Shown: piece by piece, positions 35,799-36,613 of the stretch
How the letters are laid out: each line of letters starts with the position of its first letter
Numbering within the stretch: the first letter of the stretch is position 1
Source of the DNA: a virus
Lineage: Duplodnaviria; Caudoviricetes
IMG/VR virus record: IMGVR_UViG_3300036819_000335
Span: 1 to 36,613 of that record
DNA: 36,613 bases
Reading direction: 5' to 3' (one strand)
The notes under the pieces: generated by a model
The model's input: only the letters and a program-made list of their open reading frames with translations
Database searches by the model: none
What the model was told of the DNA's origin: nothing
Made by a program: the position numbers and the translations under genes

Positions 35799-36613
35799 AC
35801 ACGTGGCCCGTTAAATATTCAGAATTCACATATTCAGTCCGTCTGCCGTTTGCCATTCGTCCGGTGACTCCCGAGTGGTTGGGTTCCAAATTTCTGGAGA
35901 CACTCGATGCCTTGACGCAGGTCGACGCGAATAATTTTCCAGATTGGGAGGTCGGCGATCTGCCTGCCATAAAGGGATATCCGCTGACGGCCGCTCGGCC
36001 GCGCATTGCCGAGATCATCAGCCATAATGTCACGCGCGACGACCTCGGTCTTCCGCTGCCGGAGTCCGGTTACACTGCCGTGGCCCAAACGACGATCGCC
36101 GCAAGGTCGCGTCGGATGAGTTTTTGCGCCCGCACGTGGATGGGGCAGGTGCGGCTAGATGCGAGCAATGCAATGGTGGCGCCGGACCCGGCGATCGTGA
36201 CCTATCCGTTGTTTCGCGCCGCTTTGCTGACCATTAATGCGATTTGGCAGGAGCCTTGGGCCTGCGTGCAAGCGTTCCGATCAAACGCGGTGAAAGTGCC
36301 CCTGGTCGGTTCAGATCTTGAGCAGGGTTATACTCTGAAATCTGCCCCGATGATCCCTGCCGACCCGACGTTCCCGGTATCCGTTTTCCATGTCCCTTGG
36401 CTCGCCTATCTTTCTCCGCCGCTCGCCTCCAACGTCAAGCTGCCGCCCGAAATCCAGACCGAGCATACCGTCGACGGGGGCCTTCTGATGACCGCGACGG
36501 AGGAGAGGCTCGACCCCGATATTCCCGAGCACGCGTGGCGCGCGCGTATTTTGGCCGAGACGATGATCGCTCAGACCGGACTCTTTTCGCGGCGAAAGGC
36601 TAACGGGTGGTAA
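35795..36613 (+). CDS. Imm52-like immunity protein
   Basis: ATGA-coupled to the toxin; WQEPWA..PWLAYL..LPP..GGLLMTATEE..P.H pattern. Imm52 is the usual partner of Tox-REase-5. Confidence 0.7.
   Translation: MNTWPVKYSEFTYSVRLPFAIRPVTPEWLGSKFLETLDALTQVDANNFPDWEVGDLPAIKGYPLTAARPRIAEIISHNVTRDDLGLPLPESGYTAVAQTTIAARSRRMSFCARTWMGQVRLDASNAMVAPDPAIVTYPLFRAALLTINAIWQEPWACVQAFRSNAVKVPLVGSDLEQGYTLKSAPMIPADPTFPVSVFHVPWLAYLSPPLASNVKLPPEIQTEHTVDGGLLMTATEERLDPDIPEHAWRARILAETMIAQTGLFSRRKANGW

Overview
This window is the virion-morphogenesis and lysis region of a high-GC, alphaproteobacterial-type prophage or GTA-like element. The + strand carries portal, prohead protease, major capsid, head-tail adaptor, tail terminator, tail tube, frameshifted tail chaperones, a short tape measure, an RcGTA-like tail tip (GTA_TIM/DUF2460/DUF2163/NlpC-P60/tail-3), a fibre and lysis genes. 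No terminase, integrase, tRNA or CRISPR array is visible. The main feature is five polymorphic toxin/immunity cassettes dispersed through the structural operon: (1) an HNH-like nuclease fused to the C-terminus of the portal protein; (2, 3) a duplicated PD-(D/E)xK nuclease plus TPR-like immunity unit after the capsid gene, with one toxin copy deleted; (4) a decayed DddA/SCP1.201-like deaminase plus Imm1; (5) Tox-REase-5 plus Imm52. The four toxins that retain an N-terminal part share a short (D/N)P-x-x-P...G-(Q/E/W)-(W/F) peptide placed directly after a hydrophobic-X-Lys site. The same site recurs in the capsid leader and the protease. This suggests protease-processed toxin cargo delivered by the particle. 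Scars of divergent portal and capsid genes beside the cassettes point to exchange by recombination. Other cargo: two type II TA pairs, a GSU2403-like nucleotidyltransferase with paired operator boxes, an Smr-like gene, and an antisense 5-gene envelope/muramidase operon. All family assignments come from motif recognition by eye; no database search was run.
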